A DNA stretch of 64,000 nucleotides from Oopsacas minuta (taxonomy: Eukaryota; Animalia; Porifera), in assembly GCA_024704765.1 (NCBI GenBank), contig JAKMXF010000332.1, positions 194,259 to 258,258 on the forward strand, read 5' to 3'. The notes beneath the pieces are model-generated. The model had not been told where the DNA came from. It saw nothing but the letters and a program-made list of their open reading frames with translations, and did not search any database. Both the position numbers and the translations under genes were made by a program. This document shows positions 14,176-27,599 of the stretch, piece after piece (position 1 is the stretch's first letter; each line of letters opens with the position of its first letter).

Positions 14176-15484
14176 CAGGGTGGCTGCTAAGTTCTGATAC
14201 AAAAATTCAACTACAATATGGCCTTGATGATAATGTATTTACAGTATTTTGACTATCTAGGACCTTTCATATAACATTCTTAATGCATTCAAATTCGATT
14301 TAGCCTACATTTTTCCCAAAAATTTATACTATTGACCATGAGTCATGAGAGGTCAGTAATTGCTGAATTATACAAGGCGGGAAAAGCCCTCCTGAGATTT
14401 TAAAAATTTAACTATTGCTAAAGGACGGAGAGCATCCATCTACAAGACAATAAAACGTTACAATGAAACTGGGAACACGAACGACAAACCAAGGTTTGGT
14501 CGTCCTTGTTCTGTGAGAATCGCAGCCCTCAAGAAGAGGGTGAGAGAACAGATTCGGCGAAATCCACGGTATGCATGAGAAAAATGGCTAAGGAGTTGAA
14601 AGTTGACCGTCAAACTGTCCAAAAAGTGGTACACCGCGACTTGAAAATGCGTTGTTTTAAAGGAAAGAAAGTATATTTCCTCTCAGAGTTAGTCAAGACA
14701 AAACGATTGTAGAGAAGCAAGGCGTTACTTGCAAGACACGCTACCGGCGGACTCGAAAAAATCATCTTTACAGATGAAAAGATTTTCACTATAGCTGAGG
14801 CTACGAATGTTCAAAATGATCGTGTGATCTCTACAGCTATCTCAAAGATCCCTGATAAGTTTAGGTACATCAAGTCGGAAATGAAACATCTCTCAATGAT
14901 GATTTAGGCTGGTGTCTCGGCTGTTGGCCGCACGCCATTGATTTTCGTACCTGTTGGAGTGAAAATCAATGCAAAAACTTACAAGGACTTGATCCTACAG
15001 CCTGTTGTAAAAGATCTGAGCCAGACAAAGTTATTCGGACAGCCATTTGTTTTCCAACAAGATGGTGCTCCTGCTCATACGGCGACTACCACACAGGACT
15101 GGTTAGAGGGCAAAATCCCCGATTTTATCCGAAAGGAAGAATGGCCTCCATATAGTCCTGAATTAAATCCAATGGACTATTCTCTTTGGTCCATCTTGGA
15201 GAATAGGGCTTATTCGGTTTCACACAACACTATAAAGTCCCTGAAAAATTCTTTGCGTCGCGAATGGGAGAAAATACCCCAGGAAACCCTGTGTACCGCA
15301 GTGGAAAGTTTCCCTACCAGACTCAAGCCTGTAATTTCCAAAAAAGGGGATATATAGAATAACTATTTTAGTAATTGAATCATAACAGTAGTAAATAGCC
15401 GTATATGCAATATTAACATTATATTCCAAGTTGTAAAAATATAATGGAGAAAATCCTTTGTATCAGAACTTAGCTGCCACCCTG
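14176..15484 (+). mobile_element. maT (DD37D) element, full length, transposase disrupted
   Basis: 28-bp TIR CAGGGTGGC(T/A)GCTAAGTTCTGATACAAA with TA TSD; 1309 bp. Motifs FTDEKIFT and QQDGAPAH...PELNPMDY, with 37 residues between the second and third Asp. Confidence 0.95.
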
Positions 15485-15601
15485 TACAGTGATCATTAAT
15501 CAAACCTAGCACTTAAGATAATCAGTGCTACCTCAAAATATAATGGAATGGTTATAGACTTTTCGTAGAGAACAACAAAGAGGTTTTTCTGATGTCTAGA
15601 T

Positions 15602-18277
15602 CAGTGATGGATCCCCCGGGGGGTTCAGGGGGGTGCGCACCCCCTCAAATTGGCTATTAATTAAATTTAATTATATATGTATAAATGCCCATGATTAATG
15701 AATGTACACTGTACTTAACATAATTATATAAATATAATTATTAACATCATAGCCCAATATTAAGTATCTTGCAAGTCAACCTGTTTAGTATTTATATGAA
15801 ACGAAAAGTGGAAAACCAACTTACACTGGATTATTTTCAATCCAAACTAGACAACAACAGACCAGATGGTTGCGAAGACGAATATCCATGCTACATGCAT
15901 ACTGAACAACAGGCAGTAGATAACAGTGTGCTTGAGATTAACAGCCCTGCTGGGATGATAAAGGGTAGGTTTTATGTTTTCAAACGCAGAGCTAAATTTA
16001 CGTACTAAATTTTCTAGATATAAACACCGACTGGTCTCAGGCTCAAGACATTGGTTGTAAGAAAGATGGACCTGCCCAACTACTAACCCTCTTCCCTGCT
16101 AAACCTGATTGTAACAAACGAAAAACAAACCGATTCCAGGCATCGTGGTATAGTAAACACCCCTGGATCACTTACAGCGAATCGCAAGACAAAGCATTTT
16201 GTTTTTCCATGTATACACTTCAGCATCACAAAGTTACAGGACAGGTTTACAAAAAAGGGATTTCATAATTGGCAAGTTGCAGTTGGAGACAAAAACAAGG
16301 GGCTAGACAAGCATGCTAGTGTGAATCCCACATTATAGCTATTATGAAATGGGAAACTATAAGTCTAACCCTGTCGAGATCCAGGAAAGACTTAATCCTA
16401 ATCGTCGCATGCAGGTTGAGCAAAATAAAATCTATTTCGGTAAACTTGTCAGCTATATCAGGTGGTTTTGTCTTCAGGAAGTCGCTTTTCGAGGTGAGGA
16501 GGAACACGATGTCGGATCAGTCTGTAGAAGAAACTTCAGAGAACTTCTTGAATTAGAATTCGAGCTGCATCCCGAATTTCTAGCCCAGAAGAAGTCTATT
16601 ATGGAGCAGTACTCAATTTACACAGATTACCTCAGTAAGGCGGTCTACGAAGAATTTATCTCAATCATGGCTGGCGAGATTAGGAAAATTATTGCAAGAG
16701 AGATTGCTCAAACAAAGTTCTACACATTAATGTTGGACGAAGCTTAGGATATCAGCAGCTATGAGCAGCTTTGTTTATGTGTAAGATATTGCTCAGGATC
16801 TGTTCCAGCTGAAAGATTAATGGGGCTCATACGTCTTTCAGAGGGTCTATTTGATGCATGTGTTATACTCCGTGAAGCTAAAGTTCTTATTCAATTGCTG
16901 TCTGGTTTTGGGTGTACACTAGTGGGATTAGCAGCTGATGGTGCTTCTGTTATGTCCGGTAAATTGGCTGGAGTGCAAGCACTACTTAAGGAAGAACATC
17001 CGTGGCTTATCTACGTGCACTGTGCTGCACATAGGCATAATTTGGTTTTAGTAAAGGCTCTCAAAAATTTGTGTCCAGCTATGATCAATATAGTGGACAA
17101 ACTCCACTCGCTATTCAATTCAGCTAAAACGAATGACAGTTTTGAAGCCGAGCAAAAGACACTCAAGATCAGGGTGCTAAAGATTCCATTACGATCAGAA
17201 ACAAGGTGGTCATCCATGTTCCACGTACTAGATGTTATATGCTCTCGCTTTAAACCGATCATGCTCACTCTTATGTAAAGGGCAGGGGATGACGACAACG
17301 CAGCACTAACTGCTGGCGGTCTTTACCACAAGATGGCATGTGGTGAGTTCATAATTAATTGCGTCGTTCTGAGGAAAGCCCTTGCAACTATTCACAGCCT
17401 GAGTGAATATTTACAGGGAGCATCAATTGAGTGGCATCACGTTGTACACGATATTAGAGCCTGTAAGTCGATGATTAGTCAGTTCGGAAACGAAATGTCT
17501 GTTGCTGAAATGTTGGAACAAGCAGAAGAAATCAGTACTGATTGCTGTATCCCCTAAATGTGACCTCACCAGTTAACATGACAAGAAATTCAACAGGACA
17601 TGTTGATTACTTGAGCCATATACAATCATTTTCAACAAAGGTTTGCCACAAAGTCTTAGCTGAATTAGAATTACGATTTCCTGACACTGGTATGGAGCTG
17701 CTCAAAGGCCTGGATGGCCTGAATAGCACTTCACAAAAGTACTTAAAAAGGAAAACACTTAGCAAATTAATTGCTCATTATGGTGACGTATTAGACGTTA
17801 ATGAGACGTTACTTAATGCAGAATTAGCAAAGTACTACATGTTTGCTAATTCTGGATCAGGTAGAGTAACCATGGATCCGGTTTTCTATCCCAATCTGAT
17901 GAAACTCTTTAATTTAAAGAGAAGCTTGCCTGTATCATCAGCAGAAGCAGAGAGAAGTTTCTCAACGATGAAACGGGTGAAAACCCCACAAAGAAACCGT
18001 CTTGATGACACACGTTTATCAGACCTCTGCCTCCTAGCTTCTGAAAATGAAATGACCAAAGCTTTCAACATGAATAGCATAATAGACATCTTCAATCTGA
18101 CAGAAAGAAGGGTGCCTCTATAATTATAAATTATCTATTAATTTACAATAATAAATAAATGCTTAGTTGATTAATTGTTGATTAATTGATAGTTATATAA
18201 CCCCGACTCAGATTCGGCTTGTTTGTCTCGCCGCTGGGCATTGCACCCCCAGATATTTTGTGCTGGATCCATCACTG
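15602..18277 (+). mobile_element. hAT transposon (ZMYM1-like/DUF4371), disrupted transposase 15769-18123
   Basis: 13-bp TIR CAGTGATGGATCC and 8-bp TSD GTCTAGAT. Motifs LMLDEA, AADGASVM, VHCAAHR, SETRWSS and LPVSSAEAERSFSTMKRVKT (C-terminal dimerisation domain). Confidence 0.95.
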
Positions 18278-18474
18278 GTCTAGATGTACAATAGTTAGAG
18301 CAAATTAATTTAGATAACATCCCAGAAATGAGGGGCACAGGAAATAACAATTAAGTCTAAACAAAATTTCCAATTTACTAGCATGACCAAAATATATGCA
18401 ATTATCAGGAGATGGTTTATGCCCAAATTCAAGTATCGGTATAAAATGATTTCCTTTTGGATGCAAAAAAATTA

Positions 18475-18642
18475 CAACCTGTGCCAACAACTTAGTCTTT
18501 TAATGAAATTTGGGAAAAGTGTCACCATTAATTGGAAGCACCATAGGAAGTTAGTTTTAATCTCATACACATAGTACGCCCAATGAATAGTGACACTTTT
18601 TAAACGAAAGTATATAATAAACTAAACCGTCGGTATAGGTTA
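18475..18642. mobile_element. Degenerate MITE (~165 bp)
   Basis: Inverted arms AAAAGTGTCAC...CCAAT and ATTGG...GTGACACTTTT, with outer imperfect arms AACCTGTGCCAAC and GTCGGTATAGGTT. Confidence 0.45.
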
Positions 18643-20901
18643 AAATTTTATATTCTTTCCAAGCGGAGCGAGGATTTTAAATCAATCAAACAAGTTATTT
18701 ACAAATTAATATGTTCAATTTGTTAGCAGTAATTATCAGTTGACAAAAATAATATTAAAAGAAGGAGATACTGGGGGAGATTTAATCGGTACAATTCAAG
18801 AGTGTCAAATTCGTAATCAGCGGATTAAATCATCCTCTTTTGGTGTTTAGAACGATCTTCTACGATTATTCAAAGGTTATATAATAAGGCAAATACATGT
18901 CTTTTAAATTATCCATGGTTAATTTGAAAAATATTTTATTCTTAATTATAATATAAATAATTAAAGCTACCGTTAAATTCAGATATTCAATGAATCTATA
19001 ATATATACAGAACTAGAAGTACCCATTGTTTAACAAATATATATTAATATCTAAGAACAATAGATTTAGTACCGATGACATAGTGCTATAATGAATATTT
19101 TTCATTTACTTTCAGTAAAAAAACTATAACAAAAATTTACATTCTAGGAGAGTATGAAGGTGTAATACATTTTCTCTTTCGAAAGGTGTGAAAATTTTGG
19201 CACCTTTCCTTTCATAATATTTTTGCTAGAGGCCAGACAAAAGTTTGAAAAGTGTGAAAAGTGGAACTTGGTGTCCGGTTGATTAGCACAAGGAGATGCA
19301 CACCCGACGAATTTCTTCAATTTTTTTCACACCATATATTACCTTAATTCTATCCAGTTTTGGTTGCAGGGCTTTCACGGAGATAAAACATGGGTACCCA
19401 TTTCAATGCTGGGCAGAGTAAAAACCTTTATTGGAAGGTGATTCATATGAATCTGGCAGATCTAATACCTGCCACCTTGCTATTGAATATCCTAAAACAA
19501 ATAAGAGCTGTAACAAGCTGCAAAACCTGTTCCCCAACTCCTGCCACTCGATCAATTTATATATTTTGATTTGTTTTCATGATAAGATTTTGGATATACA
19601 ATTTGGTCAATAGACAAATGATATAAAGTGAGACATTAATATTAATTAAGTGAATCATGTTCATTATATGAATAGGGTTATCCTGAGAAACAGATATTGC
19701 TTGTGATAGTGCACGAAAAGGAAATGTCCAACTCTAATGGTATTCGTAAATTTAGAAGGTACCAATTCTATAAATTGAGGTCTAGATTAGTAGTACCCTA
19801 TGCAAGATTCTGGTGATAATTTACTCCAAAACTTTAGACTAGGGTATACGTATATACATCTCATCCATTCTCAAAGATAATACACTTATACCTTCTATGT
19901 CTAACTTGATGTTCTTTTCAAAACAGATTCTAATTTGAATTTGCACTGGAGAAATTATAGGTGGACAAGATTTGGCCATACGGCATGATGTAGAAACGCC
20001 TGTTAATACTCCTGCATAATACATAATATCAGGTAAACTTGGACCTCAAATTTTAAGACCAAAATGTAAGGTCTTTGGAATCTTAGGAAGGTCTTGCTTT
20101 ATACAAAGATTCAAAGTCATTAAGAAACTGTGTTGTGATACATGAGATACTCCTTCTTTTCGAAGTACCACAGAAAGGAGTTGTTTTGGAGATGTGGCAC
20201 ATTCTCTTTAGGAATATTTACTAAAAGTGATGGTGCGGCTAAAGATCCATATAGTTTAGAAAATTTCTGAAGGTGGCATTAAAGAAACGAAGACACAACT
20301 ATCGTTTTTCACTTTGAGTGAATTCAACCTTTTTGACTAATTGTGAATGAGTTAAGCACTTATTATTCATCGTGCTCATTGATTGTTTTTCCATATCACT
20401 GTAGTTTCTGTCAATAACTTTTTAAAGCTGTTATTCAACTCTAAATACGCGGAAAAGCTATTTGGCTGTTCTCCAAAAAAGCAGAAAATATCATGTAATT
20501 ATTATCCAAGCAATCTTTATGATGGAACACCATTTCAAAGGAAGATGGGGAATTTATTAAAACAGTTGAAAGGAAATTTGTACTATGAAAATAGCTGTAT
20601 TATAATGCTCATGCCTACCGATTTTTAACAAAATAAAACAGATGACAACTTATCACTAAGCAAACTAAGCAAAAGTAATCATCATGAAGTACCGGGTACT
20701 TGGTGGAATACATACAAATGTAGTGACATACAATTCGTGGACTATAATTCGTCACATTAGAATGGCCTCACTTTGGATCCGTGAGATTTGTCAACTATGG
20801 TAACTGTAATCTGTTTGCCTCTCGAATACTTAAAACTAAATATGAGATGAAGCTTTAACACAATGTCTTTTTCATTTTTCTAAATTTCACTCCAAATTTC
20901 T

Positions 20902-21159
20902 ATGGGAAATTTAAGTTATTACAGTGATAATGACGCAATGTATAGAAACATGTTAATTTGGCTATATCCTGCTCAGCACCCTCAATTAATACACATTCTG
21001 CTCCTCATAGACAGCAATAATAATTTCGTTGTTCCCTACACATGGGCTGATGAGACCAGGGTATCCATGCAGTGGCGGCGGAAGGAAAATTCACTAGGGG
21101 CTAACTTGTGTAATTATGTCGATGGATACGGGGTTGTTACAATTGACCAAGAAAGCTAG
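20902..21159 (+). CDS. Short ORF of unknown function, possible host exon
   Basis: 85-aa ORF with protein-like composition and no transposon motif. No family recognised. Confidence 0.2.
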   Translation: MGNLSYYSDNDAMYRNMLIWLYPAQHPQLIHILLLIDSNNNFVVPYTWADETRVSMQWRRKENSLGANLCNYVDGYGVVTIDQES

Positions 21160-21369
21160 ATGTCATAATTACGTTACTCAATAATTATCCACTTGAAATT
21201 CAATTATCAGGTCAACAAGCGAGGGCGGAAGAGAGGTATGAATTCCTAAATACATTTAAAGTATAACCTCAATTACAGAGGTCTTAGTAAATGAGGAACC
21301 TCTTAAAGCCAGAAATTCTAAAACACCGAATTATTATTTTTTAATTTTGAAAATTATCGCTATGATAGA

Positions 21370-21890
21370 TTAAAATCTTTACATTCTTCAGTAAAAATGA
21401 TAAGTTGGGAATAGGGTGAAACAAGAATATTCACATCCCCGAACTCAACTACTTAAGAAGTTCGACTTTACAGACTACCTTGAAGCGAAATATCTATACG
21501 AATTGTAACTTCAAGAATCGTATTTGTCAAGAATTGTAATGTTACGAATTGTATGTATTCCATTGAATTGTATGCGTAATGGTGCCATGTATCAATTGTG
21601 GCAGAGTGTGCCAATACCTTTGGCCACGCAATGTATATAATGACATCGCATTTACCCCTCGATATCTGGTGTAGAATTTAACATATAAGTTGTTACTCAA
21701 ATGATCTACCAAATTTTGTTGATAATTATCATATTCTTCATAATTGTAAGGACTGTCGACTATCCAATTCGAGCCATTGTTATCTCTAAAACTATTGAAT
21801 ATTTTGTCATAAAATGAGTATTCTTGATATGAAGTTGTATATGGGGAGTACATTCCACAAAGTGGCATAATTCGAAAATGCCTGGTTTAT
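21370..21890 (-). pseudogene. Coding remnant or exon of an unidentified non-transposon gene
   Basis: 108-aa Tyr/Asn-rich ORF (21542-21868) that continues after a frameshift (TLQFLTNTILEVTIRIDISL...IIFTEECKDF). No recognisable family. Confidence 0.25.
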
Positions 21891-23386
21891 GAGGTGATCA
21901 CACCTCTTCACACGTATATATGTGGTATGCATACTGATAAAAATTCGCAAACAGTTGCAATTAGACCTGCAATATGTAATATGATTACAGGGAAAGTTGT
22001 ACATGGGGAGTGAATTGAACCGCTTTGCTTACCCATAGCATTCAATAAACAAAGGCAATGAGACAGTTGAATTCTCTGTCAGGGACAGTGGTATACTGCA
22101 ATGAATATATACGGGGAATCATAAAATTCCTATACAGTTGAATCGGGATATTTTGACACATGGTTTTTGTCCCATCAGGTTTTTGGTCGTCAAGTCAGTA
22201 GAAAATTGTAAATTCGATATTCTCATATAAAATAATCGTATACACTTGTCTGTTGACTTCGCGTTGCTTAGTCTTTCCGGATGTTTTCGTCTACCTGAGT
22301 GTGTAAACAAATGAAAATCTGTTCTACATATTTTGTCCTATAGTACATTTCTAGTGATTTTTCTAATACTCTATTAGTACATGCTCTAATTACTGGTAAA
22401 TATTTCCAACCCCAGTATTTATTATCAATAGGTGTATATAAGCTATAAAAAATACCTGTATATCAATAAAGGTATTATTGCAATATGGGACATTATGTTT
22501 GTTGGGATATTTGTATATCGGGGTATTTGGTCGTTTGGCAGTGCAATTAAATCTATAAATCTTTAAATCAAAGATATTAACACTATGTTAGAAGGGACCG
22601 AATTTCAAAATGTCATATTCTGGAATTTTTTGAGGTAAATTCGGAAATTCTAAATTGATTTTTTGAAAACTAAGGTGAAATATGTTGTAAATTTCAGGAT
22701 ACTATAGACTAGTAACAGACTTACAGTCTGTAATGTTTCAAACCGATCCATGCTGTTTGGTGAAATGATTGGATGATCCCATAGCTGCTGTATAAATTCA
22801 AATTTTCTAGCTGGAATTATTAAAGTTCTGGAAAAGTTGCAAATATTTCAAAAATTGAAGACACAATTTCAGAAATTCAAAGCCTGATGGAGAAAAGGGA
22901 TGAATATATGGGAATCAGTATAATAGACTAGCTACTAAAGGTTTATATATTATTGCTACAAATTCTTAAAGAAAATTAGACAAACGATTAAGTAAACACA
23001 CATAACTATTAAAGAGTATAAAGAAAGACGGATTGCCGTGAGAAATTCAAAGATTTCTTAATAAGTTCTCCACATACTGAAACACATAGAAAGCAGAATA
23101 TAATGGGCAAATGCAAGTAAAATGGTAAGAGCGTTTGTTAGTCCGAAATTAACAAACTAATACGGCAATCAATTTTTATCCTATTTGGTGGCACGCACGG
23201 CTGTGTACTAAGTATGACATGAATTTTACCAAATTTAAAGCCTTCGGAAATCTTCTAATCCTGGGGCATATTCAAGCCTGAAAGAAACCGAGAAAGGGCG
23301 TAGATACTCATTGTTATCGGAGAGCAAAGAATGCCAAAGAGTATTCCATCAAATATTTAGGAAATGAATTAGACAGGATTACTAAC

Positions 23387-23729
23387 CTCCAAAGAGTTCA
23401 CCATGTAATGACACCTGTAAAATAGATGGATATAATTTACTCAAGTATTCAAATAATTTTGGCAACTTTGGACTAATACTAGATATGATTGTAGAATTCC
23501 ATAGGCCAAAAAAGTAGTCCTCGGGTGAAAGAAATGATGAACGTTTTGCAACTTTCACAGTACCAAATGATGATATATAAAATGCCAAATTTGCACCATG
23601 AACTTTCTCGAGCACAACCCATTGGGGAATCTTCAATAAATCTCTACTATTCCAATCTGAGGAATCTTCAGGCATTTTCTCATAATCCATGAAGAAAGGC
23701 GAATCATGCAATGCAGAAACAGTTGCCAT
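23387..23729 (-). CDS. Rnl2-family (T4 Rnl2 / RNA-editing-ligase-like) RNA ligase, first exon
   Basis: FxxYEK N-terminal motif, motif I WVVLEKVHGAN (adenylated Lys), motif Ia AKR and motif III GELFGG. The frame ends at a phase-1 splice donor G|GTTAGT at 23386. Downstream exons were not located. Confidence 0.85.
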
Positions 23730-24204
23730 AAGGAAAAATCAAATCTAAAAGAAAGGTATCAAGGTACTGACAGCATGCTTACAAGAGACTTTGAGGATGC
23801 TCCTAAGCTAGGGACTGAGTGGACCAGGCTTCCCGGAACAAATATATACCTAAATCCTGGGCACATAATAAAAAGTTGAGTGTGCGTACTCAGTGAGTCG
23901 AATATTCATGATCACATGCAATCAGGACCGTGTAGCATTGCAAGGTAAAATTCTGAAACATTTGGGAATAGGTTCGTACAATGGAGTAATACGCAAATAA
24001 TACAAAATTGGATATCCGCTATTGAGAAAAGTAGGTTCCAACCAAAGTAAGCTGAGTACATCTTCTCATTCTACTATACGAGTACTCAGTAGGGAACATA
24101 CTCTCAATCACTAGTCAGCATGCCAACAATACTGTTCATTAAAAGCCTAGATGGCTAAGTAGGAGAATCTATGCGAATAAAACGCAATAAATCTGTATAT
24201 GTAT

Positions 24205-25200
24205 GCATATTGTGTCCCCTTATCTTGGATAAAGGGGCATCTAATTTCAAAACAAGTCCCTTTATCTGTCACATGTTGAGCTTGCCGGAAATTGGCTTGA
24301 TAGCTAGCAATGAGTTTTTGTGTCCCCTTTAGTTGGATAAGGGGACACCTAATTTCCAAACAAGTCCCTTTTCAGTCACATTTTGAAGAGCCTGAATTGA
24401 CTTGATCATAAGCAATTACAAACTGTCTCCCCCTTATCTTGGATAAGGGGCCATCTAATTCCAAAACAAGTCGCATTTCTGACCAAATTTTGAGGTAGTC
24501 TGCAGTGGCGTAGCTGGGTATTTGTTTACGGTTGTGTACTATGGTCCGGGTAATGGTGAATTGTATTGGACAATTAAGTAATTAATTGTAAGGTAGCTCT
24601 ACAAATTGATTGTATAATTGTTTCATTATCTGTCTCAAACAATTCAGAGATTAAATATACTAAATATGCGGTACAATTTTACTAATAATTCCTACGATAG
24701 TCAGAAATTATGCGAATGATGTATACTACCTTGGCTATGCCTCTGTGTTGTTGGAAATAGATACGATCGCTAGCAATTACAAACTGTGTCCCCTTACCTT
24801 GGATAAGGGGACATCAAATTACAAAAAGTCTCTTTGCTGACCAAATTTTGAGGTTGTCTGCAGTGGCGTGGCTATGTATTGGTTTATGATTGTGCACTGT
24901 GGTCCGGGTAGTGGTGAATTGTATTGGAGGCATAGCAAAGGTGGTGCGCATCATTTGCACATTTCAGACTAACGTAGGATGAAATGAGTAAAATGGTATC
25001 GGATATTCAATATATTTATCTCTGAATGGTGTGAGATAGATGTGAAACAATTGTACAATCAATTTGTGGAGCTCCATGACAAATGACTATTTAATTACCT
25101 GTGTTGTCAGAAATCGATATAATTGCTATCAATTATAAACTATCTCCCCTTTACTTAGATAAGGGGACACAAAATTTCAAGACAAGCCCCTTACTTCGAC
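24205..25200. repeat. Higher-order tandem repeat with a palindromic core TGTCCCCTTAT-CTTGG-ATAAGGGGACA
   Basis: Five cores near 24213, 24321, 24424, 24787 and 25143; spacings about 108, 103, 363 and 356 bp. Confidence 0.85.
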
Positions 25201-25399
25201 AAATTTTGATGTTTTTCGGAAATCAGCTTGATCGCACAGCATGTTTCATAAGTTTACATCAGTTCAAGCCATTACCGATCTATATAGTATGCGCCCATTA
25301 GGAAACATTCCTACTAGGTATGTTATAATTTTAACGCAAACATATTTTACTATAAAGTCTATACATGTCTCTTAATCTATGAATTTTATCAATATATTC

Positions 25400-25830
25400 A
25401 CTTTACGGATGGATAGAAGTCGTACAACATCCATGTCATTAGGAGCATGGATGCTGTACTACTTCCGTACGTCTGTCCGTTCGAGGGATCCTTCAAAATA
25501 TGTTAGTCATGATTGACATCAGATTTGGCACATTCCAAATTTTCCTAGAGATTAACCCACCTGTTAGTCAGGGGTAATCGGGAACCTAAAATATCATTCA
25601 AATATTTCAAAAGCATAGACACGTTTTCCATATGACTAAACATATTTTCACATCTGAAGTTTATTATTGAATTGTAATGTGAATTGTTTCATATATTCGG
25701 AGCATCACTTAGGGTCATTCTTCAAAATTCTGTATATATCAAGTAGTATGTCTGTGTTCGTGTTTGTATATGTGTTTCATCACATCTCCTCGGAGATGGC
25801 TGGACCGTTGTTTTGCAGGATACACTTTGG
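25400..25830. mobile_element. Possible Helentron/DINE-1-like non-autonomous remnant
   Basis: ~20-bp-stem hairpin GAAGTCGTACAACATCCATG/CATGGATGCTGTACTACTTC (25416-25464), GTCTGTCCGT motif, and CACATCTCCTCGGAGATGGCTGGACCG near 25780. Confidence 0.35.
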
Positions 25831-27599
25831 TCACCTATTATGAATAAGGAGTATTTAGAGATCGGATGATGTGATCAAAAGGTATGTGATTTTTTCAACA
25901 CGTCTTTCAATCAAATCAATGCATTATATTTGATATTAAATTAGCCAATCATATTATACTTTGTATTTTGCTGAATCACCGAGCATAACAGCATACTAAC
26001 CCATTGGGATACAGTTTCTACAGGTTATTCACAATAGATTGTAGCTGTCCAATATAATATCCGCCGTTGCGCTACTAAACAAATCAGATTTGTTGTTGTA
26101 CACGTGGTTACATACACCTTATAACATGTCCTGATATTGTTACTATCGTGGGGGTCCGCGATACAAAGGTAGTTCATTTAAATGAGGTATAATGAATGTT
26201 AGGGGAGGCTTCGGTATTTCAGCTATCAATATCAATTTTCGGAGTAAGGCTCGGACCCTAAAAGTAATTTAGGGAGGGTAAATTATCAAATTCTTTATAC
26301 ACTGAGATTTTATCGTTCGCATAGTAATTGTGAACAAAAATAATTTCGGCACAGTAAATGAGCTCAAGATTCTTCACCAAGTATATTTATTAATCAAGCG
26401 ACTACTCATATATGGCCTATTATAGCTATAAGTGATGATCTTGCTATTCACATATAAATGGGAAAAATACTGGAAGAATTCACAAATTTTATTCCAATAT
26501 GTTAGGAGCTAATTTATTCCTGAAGATTTATGAAAAATAAAATGCAAAAATTGGACAACTTTAGGTATTTGAAGAATATTAGATTATTTCCAGATTTAAT
26601 AATTGAAATTTGAGTGAAGACAAAATGAAGCGCCGTTACTGGTGCGCGCTCCTCAATTATATGAGCGACTCTCCAGTTTCGTTTCCTTATTTCACGAAAG
26701 AGCGACTCCAGCCTCCGCTCCTCAAAGTTTGACCGTGGACCTAGAGCGCGTTCTTCTAATGCTCTGCATATATGGACCACCATACGTAGACTTTGTGTCT
26801 TATACTGCCAGTATACGACACAAACTGTCCGAACGTGAAGATTATGAGAGGAAACAGATACTCTTGGGCTCAACTTAGCGATTGCAAAACTAGTACCAGA
26901 AGCAATACTAAAATTTCCACCTGTTCTTTCAACGAGAGGAGATTCATGCCAGAGGGAAAGCCATTGCAGAGAACGGATGGGTATACTAACATACTATCTA
27001 AAACGGAGGTGACTGATGATAAAATAGGTAGAATACCCCTCAGTAGATAATATGGAAAGTGTTCCTTTAGCTAAACAGAAAGGGAAGCGTACATCCCTCG
27101 TACGAAAAGAGCCAAATAGAATGGGCGAATGATCATAGTCCTCATGGGATTCGGTAATCTGAATACAAATTATAAGAGAATACATATACAGCAATGTAGG
27201 ATGGCTTCAATAAAAATCCCTATCCAACATCTACCGATGAGCAGCACCATTAGTGAGGTATAAATGCCCGAATCAATTCTAATAGATTTTTGTTTAACTA
27301 ATCAGATGAAAAGTCAGGTCAACAACTCCAGCGACTCAAAAAAACAATGTCCCTTGTCCTGACACACGTCCAAGGCGAGAAAACAAGAAATACACCCTAT
27401 TGTGTGCTATTGAGAAAGATCATAGGTGTTACCGTTGATCACAGTCTTCTCGAATAAAACTTATCTGAGATGGCCCTACCAATCTCAATTTTGAATCTAT
27501 ACATGTGCTATAACTGGTATTCAGTTGTTTATAACGAAGAACTAATTCGATTTTTCGTCTGCTCACTTTGTTTTTGGCACTACTTAACTGGTGTATCAG

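Noticed and set aside
19700-20300. Host gene exon (long nearly open frames on both strands)
   Set aside because: Stops occur in both candidate frames and no motif or splice pattern could be supported.
22119-22310. Second exon of the RNA ligase (acceptor CAG|GT in the right phase, GRRKHPE)
   Set aside because: The phase fits, but the translation lacks the motif IIIa (F/Y-x-F-D), IV and V sequences expected after GELFGG.
24205-25200. CRISPR array (palindromic repeats with spacers)
   Set aside because: The repeats are degenerate, the intervening sequences are homologous to each other and of two very different lengths, there are no cas genes, and the context is eukaryotic.
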